The position numbers and the translations under genes are program-made. Below, in pieces: positions 8,641 through 17,482 of a stretch of DNA of 64,000 nt (position 1 is the stretch's first letter; every line of letters starts with the position of its first letter). The notes beneath the pieces were generated by a model. It was not told the origin of the DNA. It ran no database searches and saw only the letters and a program-made list of their open reading frames with translations. Location: positions 579,808 through 643,807 of the forward strand of contig CATQHS010000001.1 in the NCBI GenBank assembly GCA_958296055.1. The letters are read 5' to 3'. Origin of the DNA: an uncultured Acidimicrobiales bacterium. Lineage in GTDB: Bacteria > Actinomycetota > Acidimicrobiia > Acidimicrobiales > Aldehydirespiratoraceae.

Positions 8641-9243
8641 TCAGTTCGGCTTGCCATCGTCGGCGTCGGCCGCGGAGCCGTCGGCGGTGTCGGCCGCGGA
8701 GTCGGCGGCGTCGGCACTAGCGGCGTCGTCGGTGCCCGCAGCGTCGTCGGTCGCAGCGTCATCGGCGGCAGCGGCGTCGGTCGCAGCGTCATCGGCGGCA
8801 GCGGCGTCGGTCGCAGCGGTGTCAGTCGCAACGTCGTCGGTTCGGTCCACCGCCCTGCGCACCACATCGGGGACGCGGCCCCCGGTGAGGTCGTCGATCT
8901 TGTCGACCACGGCCTCGGCCACGCCGCCGGCCTTGTCCCAGACCTCGCCCGCCACATCGCCAGCCACATGGGCGGCCCTGCCCGCGGCGTCGCCCGCCTT
9001 GTGGGCGGCCTTGCCCGCCGCGTCGCCGGCTTTGTGGGCCACGTCGCCGGCTTTGTCCCAGACCTCGCTGGCCACGTCTCCGGCCACATTGGCAGCCTTG
9101 CCCGCCACGTCTCCGGCCACATGGGCGGCCTTGCCCGCCACGTCTCCGGCCACATTGGCGGCCTTGCCCGCCTTGTTCCGAGCCTTGCCGGCCAGATCGC
9201 CCACCACGCCCTTGGCCTTGTTGGCGAAATCCGTGTCGCCCAT
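8641..9243 (-). CDS. repeat protein with 11-residue periodicity (LEA/apolipoprotein-like) and acidic D/A/T tail
   Basis: 200-aa ORF. Strong RBS (GGAGAGGAAGAC before the ATG). Repeats GKAANVAGDVA / GKAAHVAGDVA / SEVWDKAGDVA. The segment DKIDDLTGGRVPDVV is reminiscent of small actinobacterial stress/antitoxin-like (MT0933-type) proteins. Confidence 0.65.
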   Translation of the reverse strand: MGDTDFANKAKGVVGDLAGKARNKAGKAANVAGDVAGKAAHVAGDVAGKAANVAGDVASEVWDKAGDVAHKAGDAAGKAAHKAGDAAGRAAHVAGDVAGEVWDKAGGVAEAVVDKIDDLTGGRVPDVVRRAVDRTDDVATDTAATDAAAADDAATDAAAADDAATDDAAGTDDAASADAADSAADTADGSAADADDGKPN

Positions 9244-9337
9244 GTCTTCCTCTCCTATCGGTCGATTCTCTACCTGTTCGCAAAGCTAACGGGGCCGGAG
9301 CCCGATCAGTTCACTCCCCCTACGGCAAAGGGCCAGC

Positions 9338-12151
9338 TCACTCGTCGGGGATCTCAGCGGACAGCGGAGGGGGAACCGGGGCGAAGTACCCGACGATCAG
9401 GAGAAGGACGCCCACGCCTATGAACGAGACCACCCGGCCGAGGGTGTTCTGACCCCCGAGATCGATGAGGAACAGCTTGACGACCACCACCGCCATGAAC
9501 GACGCGCCCACCACCCACACGGCGCGACGGGCCAAGCGCACGCCGACGACCATGCCCGCCAGCGCGATCAGAGCCCAGAGGATGGACAGCGAGACTTGCA
9601 GCGCGGTGGAGTCGAACAGCGACTCGCCGTCGAAGGGAACGTCCAGCCAGTGGTGGACGGTGCGAGCCGCCGTCATCGTCGCCAGGACGGTGCCCGCCCC
9701 GGCCAGGGCCGGGGTCCACGGTGCCTCGACCAGGTCTTCGAGCGGGTGGCCCCCCTCGGGCCGGGCCCGCCTCCGCCACGCGAACGCCACCGCCACCAGC
9801 AGAGCCGCGGCCAACTCCAGCGGGTTCAGCAGGGGCAGGTAGGGCAGCGGCGAGAAGTCTCCGTCGGATACGACGACGGCCAAGAACCCGAGAGCGGCCA
9901 GCAGCATCAGCACCGGGCCGGTGCAGGCCAAGACATAGATCCGCCGATGCGCCCCCAGCGGCCACGCCGACGACCCCAAGCCCAGCAGGGTTCCCCCTAT
10001 GAGCAGCAGCACCGCCGTGAGCGCGGCGACGGGCGGCCAGGCGCCGTTGGCGATCTGGTCGGTCTGCCAATGGACTTCGACGCCGATCAATACGGCCAGC
10101 ACCCAGTAGCCGCCCGCGTGCAGCGCGGCCCAGAGCCGGGGGAAGGCGCCTTCCCGCAGCCGCAGGAACGCGTAGTAGACGGCGATGGACCCGGGCCATG
10201 CGGCCCATCCGTAGCGATCGAACGGATGGTCCCGGATGACGAGTGCGGCGTAGAGCGCCGCGGCCATCGTCGGAAGGATCAGCGGCCCCAAGGCGCCGAG
10301 GTGCGGCCATCCCAGCCGCCGGGCCGACAAGCCCGCCGCGGCGAAGGTGAGCACGGCGAAGGCGAGCGCGGCCGACAGCTTCCCGACCGGGACCTGGTAG
10401 CCGATCTCCATGAGCCCGCCCGTGAGCCACCAGCCAGCCCCCCAGGCCAGCGCCGCCCAAAGGGCGGCTTCATCGGTGGCTATGCGGTCCCCGGACCGGT
10501 GGAACAGCCAGCCGGACACCAGGCCGGCGGCGGCGAGCACGGCCGCGCCCAGGAAGTATTGGTTGGCGATAAACGTCACGCCGGCCGGATACGGGAGGGA
10601 CTCGCCCAGATGCAAGATGAGCGAGGATCCGGCCAGCACCTGCAGCACCCCGCCGGCGATGACGACGAGCAGACGGGCCCGGCGGATGCCGATCCAAACC
10701 AGCATGAGGCCCTGCAGAGCCCAGACGGTCGCGGTGAAGTAGGCGCCCAGCGCGAACGGAACGGCGATGACGGCGAAGGTCACACCCAGGCCGATATACG
10801 CCTCCGTCAGCTCACGGCGCCCTCCGCCCAGTTTGCGGGTGACCGCGGCCAAAGCACCGTGGATCAAGGCCAGAGCCAGCGCGCTGGCGGCCAGGCCGTA
10901 CTCGGTGTGGCCGACCACGAGGTTCTGTAGGCCGAACCCTATGAACGGGGTGGCGAAAACCAGCGGCGCCGTCCGCACGTCCTTCAGGTCGGGGGCTTGG
11001 TGGGCGGCGAACAGCACCGGTATCGCCATGTACATCATCACGAACAGGGCGATGAACGGCTGCGTGGAGACCCAGTCATCGGTCGTGTGGCGTTCCAAGA
11101 GCCAGTAGGCCGAGATGCCGAACGTCAGGCCGAGACCGGCGAGGTTGAGTTCGGGCCAGACCTTGAACCAGGCGACTCCGACGATGGCGGCGTTCAGGAC
11201 GGCGTAGAAGCTGAAGACCAGGATGTGGTCCTCGGGCTGCGAGTACACCAGCACCGGGGCGAGAAACCCGCCGACCATGCCGAGAAGGGCCAGGGTCCGC
11301 GAGTCTTGGGCGACGGCGAGGACTCCCGCTCCGACGGTGACGGCGACGACGGCCACCGCCGCCGGCGCGGCCGGCAAGACGCCGTACACCGCGAAGGCGG
11401 CGTAGGTCGTCAGATACTCCACGGCGATCCCTCCGCCCTGGAGGCTCAGGCCGTACACGGGCCGCCGGCCTCGGAAGCGCCAGCCCGCGGCCAGCAGCGC
11501 CAGCCCGAACATCGAGACAGCAACGAGGAGCATCTCGACGGTCAACCTGATGAGACCGCGCTCGTTGGCCTCGCGAATCAAGAACCCCAGCCCTATGAGC
11601 GAGATCAGGACCCCGACCTTCACGGGCACGTTTCCGGTCATGACCCATGTTTTGGCCGCGTTCACCAGCCGCGTCAGGGGGTCGTCGGAGGAGCCAGCAG
11701 AGGCAGCGGCAGGGGCAGGGGCGGCGGGCCGGGCCGGGGGGGCCGGGCGGGAGACGGGCACCTCGGTTGCGGGAGAAGCAGACAGCGGGGCCGGGGCTAG
11801 GGCCGGTTCAGAAGCCGCAGCCGGTTCGGAGACCGCAGCCACCGGAGCTGGTTCGGGAACCGCAGCCGGTTCGGGGGCGACATCGGCGGTGACCGGCGCG
11901 GCCGGGGCGGGGGGATGGGGAGGCGGCGGCGGTTGAGTCTCCGGCGCCTGGAGAGGGGGAGGGCCTTCGGGTCCGACCGCCTCCGGCGGCGGGGCCTGAG
12001 CTTGTTCAACCTTTTCGAGCTTTTCGAGCCGCTGCCGCAACTCCCGGTCTCGGCTCAAGAGAAAGCCGATGGCGCCCCCGATGAAGAACCCCGGGATCTG
12101 ATCGATCACCGCGCCCAACACGGCGCCGACGAGAATGAACAGGGCGGTCAA
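9338..12151 (-). CDS. large polytopic membrane protein, resembles the DUF2339 family
   Basis: 937-aa ORF. It has an N-terminal TM segment, a coiled-coil (RELRQRLEKLEKVEQ) and a Pro/Ala linker, then more than 20 hydrophobic spans. TTG start at 12151. Confidence 0.55.
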   Translation of the reverse strand: MTALFILVGAVLGAVIDQIPGFFIGGAIGFLLSRDRELRQRLEKLEKVEQAQAPPPEAVGPEGPPPLQAPETQPPPPPHPPAPAAPVTADVAPEPAAVPEPAPVAAVSEPAAASEPALAPAPLSASPATEVPVSRPAPPARPAAPAPAAASAGSSDDPLTRLVNAAKTWVMTGNVPVKVGVLISLIGLGFLIREANERGLIRLTVEMLLVAVSMFGLALLAAGWRFRGRRPVYGLSLQGGGIAVEYLTTYAAFAVYGVLPAAPAAVAVVAVTVGAGVLAVAQDSRTLALLGMVGGFLAPVLVYSQPEDHILVFSFYAVLNAAIVGVAWFKVWPELNLAGLGLTFGISAYWLLERHTTDDWVSTQPFIALFVMMYMAIPVLFAAHQAPDLKDVRTAPLVFATPFIGFGLQNLVVGHTEYGLAASALALALIHGALAAVTRKLGGGRRELTEAYIGLGVTFAVIAVPFALGAYFTATVWALQGLMLVWIGIRRARLLVVIAGGVLQVLAGSSLILHLGESLPYPAGVTFIANQYFLGAAVLAAAGLVSGWLFHRSGDRIATDEAALWAALAWGAGWWLTGGLMEIGYQVPVGKLSAALAFAVLTFAAAGLSARRLGWPHLGALGPLILPTMAAALYAALVIRDHPFDRYGWAAWPGSIAVYYAFLRLREGAFPRLWAALHAGGYWVLAVLIGVEVHWQTDQIANGAWPPVAALTAVLLLIGGTLLGLGSSAWPLGAHRRIYVLACTGPVLMLLAALGFLAVVVSDGDFSPLPYLPLLNPLELAAALLVAVAFAWRRRARPEGGHPLEDLVEAPWTPALAGAGTVLATMTAARTVHHWLDVPFDGESLFDSTALQVSLSILWALIALAGMVVGVRLARRAVWVVGASFMAVVVVKLFLIDLGGQNTLGRVVSFIGVGVLLLIVGYFAPVPPPLSAEIPDE

Positions 12152-12152
12152 C

Positions 12153-12905
12153 TCACTCCCTGCCAGCCGCTCCCCCGCCAGTTCGCCGTCCGGGCACCGG
12201 GCCCACTCGCTCCAGAATGGCCATCAAGCCCGGAAACCCCTCGATCGGCGACAGGCGGCGGTCCATGTACAGCAGCGCCCCGCCGATGAAAAGGAAGGAG
12301 ACGACGTAGTTCACCACCGACCGGGTCGCCAGGAACAGACTCACCCCCGAGTTGTTGAACAGCCAGATGTCCCACACCGACGAACCGATCTCATAGACCG
12401 CTATCAGCCAGGTGACGTTACGCAGGGTGGCCCTGAACCGGGGATCGGCCAGCACCGACTCGGGCAGATCGACGAACTTGCGGGCCGCCCACACCATGAA
12501 GGGCCGGCCGGCGAAGATGGTGACGGCCGCCGCCGCCCCGATCAGCATCTTGGTGCCTATGCCTATCCCGAAGTACACCGCCTCGGAGCTGACCCCGAAA
12601 TCAACCAGATCCCGCTCCGCTGCGATGGTGACGGCCGCCCTGACCAGCAGGTAGGCGGTTATGGCCGGCAGCCACTTCCCGATGGGCAGGCCCCGGGCCT
12701 TCCGGCTGTAGGCCGCCTTCACCGACCACACGGTGGAGGCCACCACCGCCGTCTCGGTGTTCACCAGGTTGTACAAGACGATGAACAGCACCACCGGCAT
12801 GAGCTGGTCGAGGCTGCCCCCGCCCCGGCGCCGCCGGTTCGTGTTGTCCGGCCGGCGGGTCCTGTCACCGGCGCGGACTTCGCCCGCGGGACTGGAGTCG
12901 GTCAC
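12153..12905 (-). CDS. membrane protein, resembles the DUF3159 family
   Basis: The hydrophobic core starts at GGGSLDQLMPVVLFIVLYNLVN. I chose the GTG at 12905, which overlaps the upstream TGA (GTGA); an alternative ATG is at 12800. The N-terminal tail contains a MITE right-arm fragment (12847-12868). Confidence 0.5.
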   Translation of the reverse strand: MTDSSPAGEVRAGDRTRRPDNTNRRRRGGGSLDQLMPVVLFIVLYNLVNTETAVVASTVWSVKAAYSRKARGLPIGKWLPAITAYLLVRAAVTIAAERDLVDFGVSSEAVYFGIGIGTKMLIGAAAAVTIFAGRPFMVWAARKFVDLPESVLADPRFRATLRNVTWLIAVYEIGSSVWDIWLFNNSGVSLFLATRSVVNYVVSFLFIGGALLYMDRRLSPIEGFPGLMAILERVGPVPGRRTGGGAAGRE

Positions 12906-13633
12906 GGAGAGAAGTCGATCCAGCTCCGGGCCACGGCCGGGGCGCCGAACAGCTCCAGTTCGCTCAGCGGCACCCGGCCCCACATGGCCAGATAGAGGGC
13001 GCCGCCGGGGCCCCGCAGGGCGGCGTCGCCCTTGGCGTGAACGTGCTCGACCGAGACGGTCCCGGCTTCGCTGGTCAGCAGCCACTCCCCGGCGCCGTCG
13101 GTCCGGTGCAGGTGCAGCGAGCCGGTGGGCAGGGCCCGCCCGCGGGCCAGCATGGTCGGCGCCAGCACCTCGAACAGCTCGTCAATGCCGTCGCCGCCCT
13201 GATCGCCGTCGATGGCGAAGTCCCGGCCGGCCGCGGTCTCGGCGTCCCATCGGTGAACGGCCGTCTCGTGCCACAGGCGCCGGAACCAGAAAGCGGCGTC
13301 GCGCCGGTGCGTCCACGTCCACACCGCCTCGGCCGGGTCGATCTCGGCCAGGGCGGCCAGCAGAGCATCGAGGGCGGCGACGGCGTACTCCGTCAGAGTG
13401 TCGTCGTCGCCGCCGTCGGGCAGGTCCGGGAGTTCCGAGGCCGGCACCATCTCGGTCGCCCGCCGGGAGAGGACGGCGGCGACCCGGTTGTTGATTTGGC
13501 CCATGTGGGCGATCAGATCCCGAACGGTCCAGTCCCCGCAGCCGGCCACCGCCGCGTCGAAGTTGCCCCGGGCCGCCTCCAGCAAACCTCGGCCATCGGC
13601 GCCGATGCGGCCCGTCAAGTTGCGTTCGTCCAT
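12902..13633 (-). CDS. maleylpyruvate isomerase family mycothiol-dependent enzyme (DinB-like, TIGR03083-type)
   Basis: 243-aa ORF. The N-terminal pattern GDWTVRDLIAHMG...WHETAVHRWD is typical of the family. Confidence 0.7.
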   Translation of the reverse strand: MDERNLTGRIGADGRGLLEAARGNFDAAVAGCGDWTVRDLIAHMGQINNRVAAVLSRRATEMVPASELPDLPDGGDDDTLTEYAVAALDALLAALAEIDPAEAVWTWTHRRDAAFWFRRLWHETAVHRWDAETAAGRDFAIDGDQGGDGIDELFEVLAPTMLARGRALPTGSLHLHRTDGAGEWLLTSEAGTVSVEHVHAKGDAALRGPGGALYLAMWGRVPLSELELFGAPAVARSWIDFSP

Positions 13634-13693
13634 GCCGCAAGGCTCCTTTGTGCCGTCACGCTCGTCTATGCCTCAAGGGTAGGCCGGTGCCGT

Positions 13694-14221
13694 TCAGCCC
13701 AGCCGGCCGTGGAGCAGGGCTACCAGCCGGTGCAGTTCGTCGGCGCAGCGGTCGAAGTCGGCCTGGGCGCCCGCGCCCGGATCGGGCACCTCCTCCCACG
13801 GCTCGGGGCCGACGCCGGCTAGGTCCAGGGCCGCCACCCGCTCTGCCAGCGGCCGGGGCCGGGTCGGGTCGGGTCGGGGCAGGTCTCGGGCCAGCCTCCG
13901 CAGCGACCCGGTAACAGCCGCCGCGGTCGGGAACCGGGACCGGATCCACAAGAGGTGGGCCGGCTCCATGACCGCGATGAGGTCGGCGCCGGCCTCGTCG
14001 GCCGAGAACTGCCGGGACCGGTGGCGGTGGTCGACCAGGCCGTGACGGGCCAGGGCCGTCCGGGTCCTGATCCCCATGGGCTGGCCCTCCACCACATGGG
14101 TGCCGGCGCCCCGCACGACCAGGTCCGGGGCCAGGGCCCTCATTATGGTCGCGGCCATGACCGAGCGAGCCGCGTTGCCAGTACAGACGAAGCACACCAC
14201 CGGCCGGTCACCTTTAGTCAT
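13694..14221 (-). CDS. low-molecular-weight protein-tyrosine phosphatase / ArsC-like
   Basis: P-loop VCFVCTGNAARS (CX5R-S) near the N-terminus. A DP motif (EEVPDPGAG) lies near the C-terminus. Confidence 0.8.
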   Translation of the reverse strand: MTKGDRPVVCFVCTGNAARSVMAATIMRALAPDLVVRGAGTHVVEGQPMGIRTRTALARHGLVDHRHRSRQFSADEAGADLIAVMEPAHLLWIRSRFPTAAAVTGSLRRLARDLPRPDPTRPRPLAERVAALDLAGVGPEPWEEVPDPGAGAQADFDRCADELHRLVALLHGRLG

Positions 14222-16685
14222 CGACGAAGCCGAATTCGCTGTGCCAGGTTGGGGCTTGGTCGGTGAATTGTCCGGTACGGATGCGGGCGATGTCGTAGTC
14301 GGGCAGATCGATCACGGCTGCGCATCTTCGGCCGTCTTTGAATCCGCGGTCGAAGAAGCTGAAATCGAGGTTATCGAATTCGTATTGTCTACGAGATTCA
14401 GGAAGATCTTTGATGTCAACGGGGACGACATGTAAAAAGAAATCGTCACTGATATCATCATTATGGCACGGTTCGATAACGTATATCAAGGTCTTATTAT
14501 CGGCGAGATAGACGTCAAAATAACTGCGAATGATCGGTTGGTGAGAAGCAGTCACCTGATCTACCCGTCGGCTCAAATCAGCATTTGCCGCATAGTCAGG
14601 GCCAAAAAATTCGCCACCCCAGATTCGGCTCCCGCCTACATACTGCCCGGTGCTGATACCGGCGATATCGTAGTCAGGTAAATCGATAATTGCAACATGT
14701 CGTTTGGTGTCCATGACGCGATGCTCAACAAACGTAAACTCGTTGAATTCGTAGCTCTGGCCGATATCAGGTATATCTTCGACATCAACTGGATAAACAT
14801 GCAAAAAGAACGGAGCCAAAATCGGGAGATTAGTTTCAATCCCATCGCAGCGATCTCTGACATAAACTAACTTTCTATCATCGGTGAGGTAGACATCAAA
14901 ATCACCTCGGATTACCGGCCTATTTTCCTCAATAATTTTGTCTATACGCTCCTCATACACGTACCTATCATACAAGAACATCCTCTGATTATCTGGTGTT
15001 AACAAACCCGGCACTACATCCCGCCTAGTCTGAATCATAAAATCAACCTTGTCCAAACCACGATCACAACCACTGACATCCTCATTAAACACAATACCAC
15101 GACCCGATAAATAGTAATGCCACCCATAACGCACCCTGACAAGTTCATAATTCCTCCCCCCACCCGGGATAAGTATATTTTGTCCTCTGGTTAATTTACG
15201 GATAGCACTAAAATCATCTACCACCGTCTTATTAAAGGTAACAGAGAGGTCATCAGGAGGAAGATAGGCACGACCCATTTGATGGCTAGAGGTTATGAAG
15301 ATAAAAAGCGCAATCACGGAACCAAGCGGCATAAGGCGTTCGCTTGACCATTTCCGAATAAGCAACAGGATCAAAGTAAAAAAGAACAGAGGAATACTTA
15401 CATAATATAAGCTCTCATAAAGATGCATCTTACTTTGATGCCTCATTGGTATTGACCAGCAGAATCCGGCAAGAATCGCAGTCGCAGCCAGCAGCCGATA
15501 ACGAACCCAAAACATTCCAATCACACATGTGCCAACCGCTGCGACCGCGATAGCATATTCTTGCGATCTGGTAATCCCTCGTATCCAATTCGCATCTACA
15601 TTCAACAATTGCGAATTCGTAATAGAAATGGTTGGTCCCGGTAAAGCGAAAGGAACCGATAGGCTACCTATTCTCTGGAACTGTTCTTCCAAAAACCAGA
15701 CCCATGGTAGCCTGACCCCCGCCGGGAACCAATGTGTCTTAGGACCCTCTTGACTGAGTTGACTGACTCCAGTGCGTCTCAACATGGAATGAAATGATGG
15801 CAAATCTGATAGGGCTAATTGACGGTTCCCCCTAACGTTCAAGGCGTAATACTCGTTCCCCATATTGTAAGCCAATATTAATAAGCCAAAACCGAAGGCA
15901 ACAATACCCAGCATAAAATAGCGACTGGCAACTACAGCACGAAAGATTTCTCGAATCGTCCTTGTCTTTCTAACTTTGATGATCTCTTTAGCCAGACCAA
16001 GAAAAATGAATACCAATAACAGCGCCAGAACGTGCCAACCCAACAATAAAGCTAGACATGCCTTGATCACCAACTGCCGGAATCGACGTTCCTGAACAAA
16101 GATCACCATACCGTGAAAAGTCAGAGCGAACCCAAAAAGATCCGGCATGGCATCGGTTAGCATCGTGTCATTGTGGAACAAAAATTGTGTAGAGGAGAAT
16201 ACTATAAGGGTTGCCGCCGAAGCGATCCAACGACTGGACGTGAGCCGACATAGAGACAAGTACGCCAAAACCGCGGTACCGACGAAGAATACCAACATCA
16301 ATATTCGGGCCGCATAAATTTGGCTTGACAAGTCATCTCCGAAAGGCAGGGTAACCAGCTTTATCAGCACATAACCACCAGGAGGAAAACGATTATACGC
16401 GAGATAATCGATATTGCCATTCACATCAAATCCCCGACTCATAAACCCAAGAAAATGGTGACTAGGAGAAAGATTCACTGCCACACTCAAATAATGAGAG
16501 GAATACAAATTCGTCCCTGAATCTACTTCCCAAAATTGGCGGTAAAGAACCCGGCGGTCCGTATCATAGATAAACACGGTAGACATCCCGATCAACAACA
16601 TAACCAACGGCAACACTTGACAGGACAAACGCATCCGCGGTCCACGAAGGCGAAGACGAGATTGTCGCATTCGTCCTGAATTCAC
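14214..16685 (-). CDS. low-GC 823-aa membrane protein: GT-C-like polytopic N-domain plus duplicated uncharacterised C-terminal module
   Basis: Single uninterrupted ORF. Hand G+C counts are 27/60 (line 15001) and 18/60 (line 15361), against 40/60 in flanking line 17001. About 10 TM spans. The first-loop segment is DVNGNIDYLAYNRFPPGGY. The GTG at 16685 overlaps the upstream TGA, and the TAA at 14214 lies inside the PTP gene. Confidence 0.75.
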   Translation of the reverse strand: MNSGRMRQSRLRLRGPRMRLSCQVLPLVMLLIGMSTVFIYDTDRRVLYRQFWEVDSGTNLYSSHYLSVAVNLSPSHHFLGFMSRGFDVNGNIDYLAYNRFPPGGYVLIKLVTLPFGDDLSSQIYAARILMLVFFVGTAVLAYLSLCRLTSSRWIASAATLIVFSSTQFLFHNDTMLTDAMPDLFGFALTFHGMVIFVQERRFRQLVIKACLALLLGWHVLALLLVFIFLGLAKEIIKVRKTRTIREIFRAVVASRYFMLGIVAFGFGLLILAYNMGNEYYALNVRGNRQLALSDLPSFHSMLRRTGVSQLSQEGPKTHWFPAGVRLPWVWFLEEQFQRIGSLSVPFALPGPTISITNSQLLNVDANWIRGITRSQEYAIAVAAVGTCVIGMFWVRYRLLAATAILAGFCWSIPMRHQSKMHLYESLYYVSIPLFFFTLILLLIRKWSSERLMPLGSVIALFIFITSSHQMGRAYLPPDDLSVTFNKTVVDDFSAIRKLTRGQNILIPGGGRNYELVRVRYGWHYYLSGRGIVFNEDVSGCDRGLDKVDFMIQTRRDVVPGLLTPDNQRMFLYDRYVYEERIDKIIEENRPVIRGDFDVYLTDDRKLVYVRDRCDGIETNLPILAPFFLHVYPVDVEDIPDIGQSYEFNEFTFVEHRVMDTKRHVAIIDLPDYDIAGISTGQYVGGSRIWGGEFFGPDYAANADLSRRVDQVTASHQPIIRSYFDVYLADNKTLIYVIEPCHNDDISDDFFLHVVPVDIKDLPESRRQYEFDNLDFSFFDRGFKDGRRCAAVIDLPDYDIARIRTGQFTDQAPTWHSEFGFVDD

Positions 16686-17482
16686 AGACGGGTGCGGAAG
16701 TCGGCCTTGCGGGCTCCGCCGGGGTCGATCACCGATCGGAGCAGGTGGAGTTCGGCTTCGGTGGGAACCCGGCTGACGGGCACCTCGTCGGGCATCGCCA
16801 GCTCGAACGGGGCCGCGGCCGCGGCCTGATCGACGGTGACGCCGGGGTGGACAGAGCGCAGGCGCATGACCCGCTCGGGGGTCTCGAAGTCGTAGACGCC
16901 CAGCTCGGTCACCACTCGGCGCACTTCGTGGAAGCGCCGGCTGGGCTCGGGAAGGGCTGCCACCCGGTCATACCCCGGCCCCGACACTACGTCGACCGAG
17001 ACCGCGAAGGAGCGGGCCTGGTTGGGCACCCAGTAGCTGGTGGTGTGGTTGATGACGTTGCCCGGAGCGCCCCTCATGCCCAGCAACTGGGCTTTGGGGG
17101 CCCGGTAGTCGCCGATGGCGGCGATGTTCTGGTTACCGTGCCGGTCGATCTGGCTGGCCCCCATCACCACATGGCGACGCCCCGACCAGACCTGGTCGAA
17201 CACCGTGCGGAAGGGCATGTAGCACTCCACCGCCGCCGGGTCGGGGGCGGCGCCCCACGGCAGGGTCCCGGTCACGGCGTAGGCGATGGTGTCGGTGAGC
17301 ATCAGGTCGGGCTCGAAGCTGGCCCGGGCCAGCCGGCCCGCGATCACCGGCACCGGCCCCATGGGATGGCCCAGGATCTCGCCGTCGCCCCGGAAGGCCT
17401 CAGCCAGCGCCACCACGCAGATCTCGTCGAGACCAGCAGCAGCGGGGGCGCCCTCGGCCGTCCCGGCACCCTCGGTGGTCAC
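16682..17482 (-). CDS. CoA-transferase subunit beta (IpdB-like arrangement)
   Basis: This is the C-terminal 266 aa of track ORF 16682-18346 (VTTEGAG...GASQIDRHGNQNI...). The GTG at 17482 overlaps the subunit-alpha TGA (GTGA). The 5' part of the track ORF is out of frame with subunit alpha. Confidence 0.75.
   Translation of the reverse strand: MTTEGAGTAEGAPAAAGLDEICVVALAEAFRGDGEILGHPMGPVPVIAGRLARASFEPDLMLTDTIAYAVTGTLPWGAAPDPAAVECYMPFRTVFDQVWSGRRHVVMGASQIDRHGNQNIAAIGDYRAPKAQLLGMRGAPGNVINHTTSYWVPNQARSFAVSVDVVSGPGYDRVAALPEPSRRFHEVRRVVTELGVYDFETPERVMRLRSVHPGVTVDQAAAAAPFELAMPDEVPVSRVPTEAELHLLRSVIDPGGARKADFRTRL

Noticed and set aside
14214-16685. Integrated mobile element or prophage explaining the low-GC segment
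   Set aside because: I found no integrase, transposase, tRNA, or flanking direct or inverted repeats. The anomaly is exactly one ORF long, with overlapping stop/start codons at both ends. I keep it as a composition anomaly and do not annotate a mobile element.
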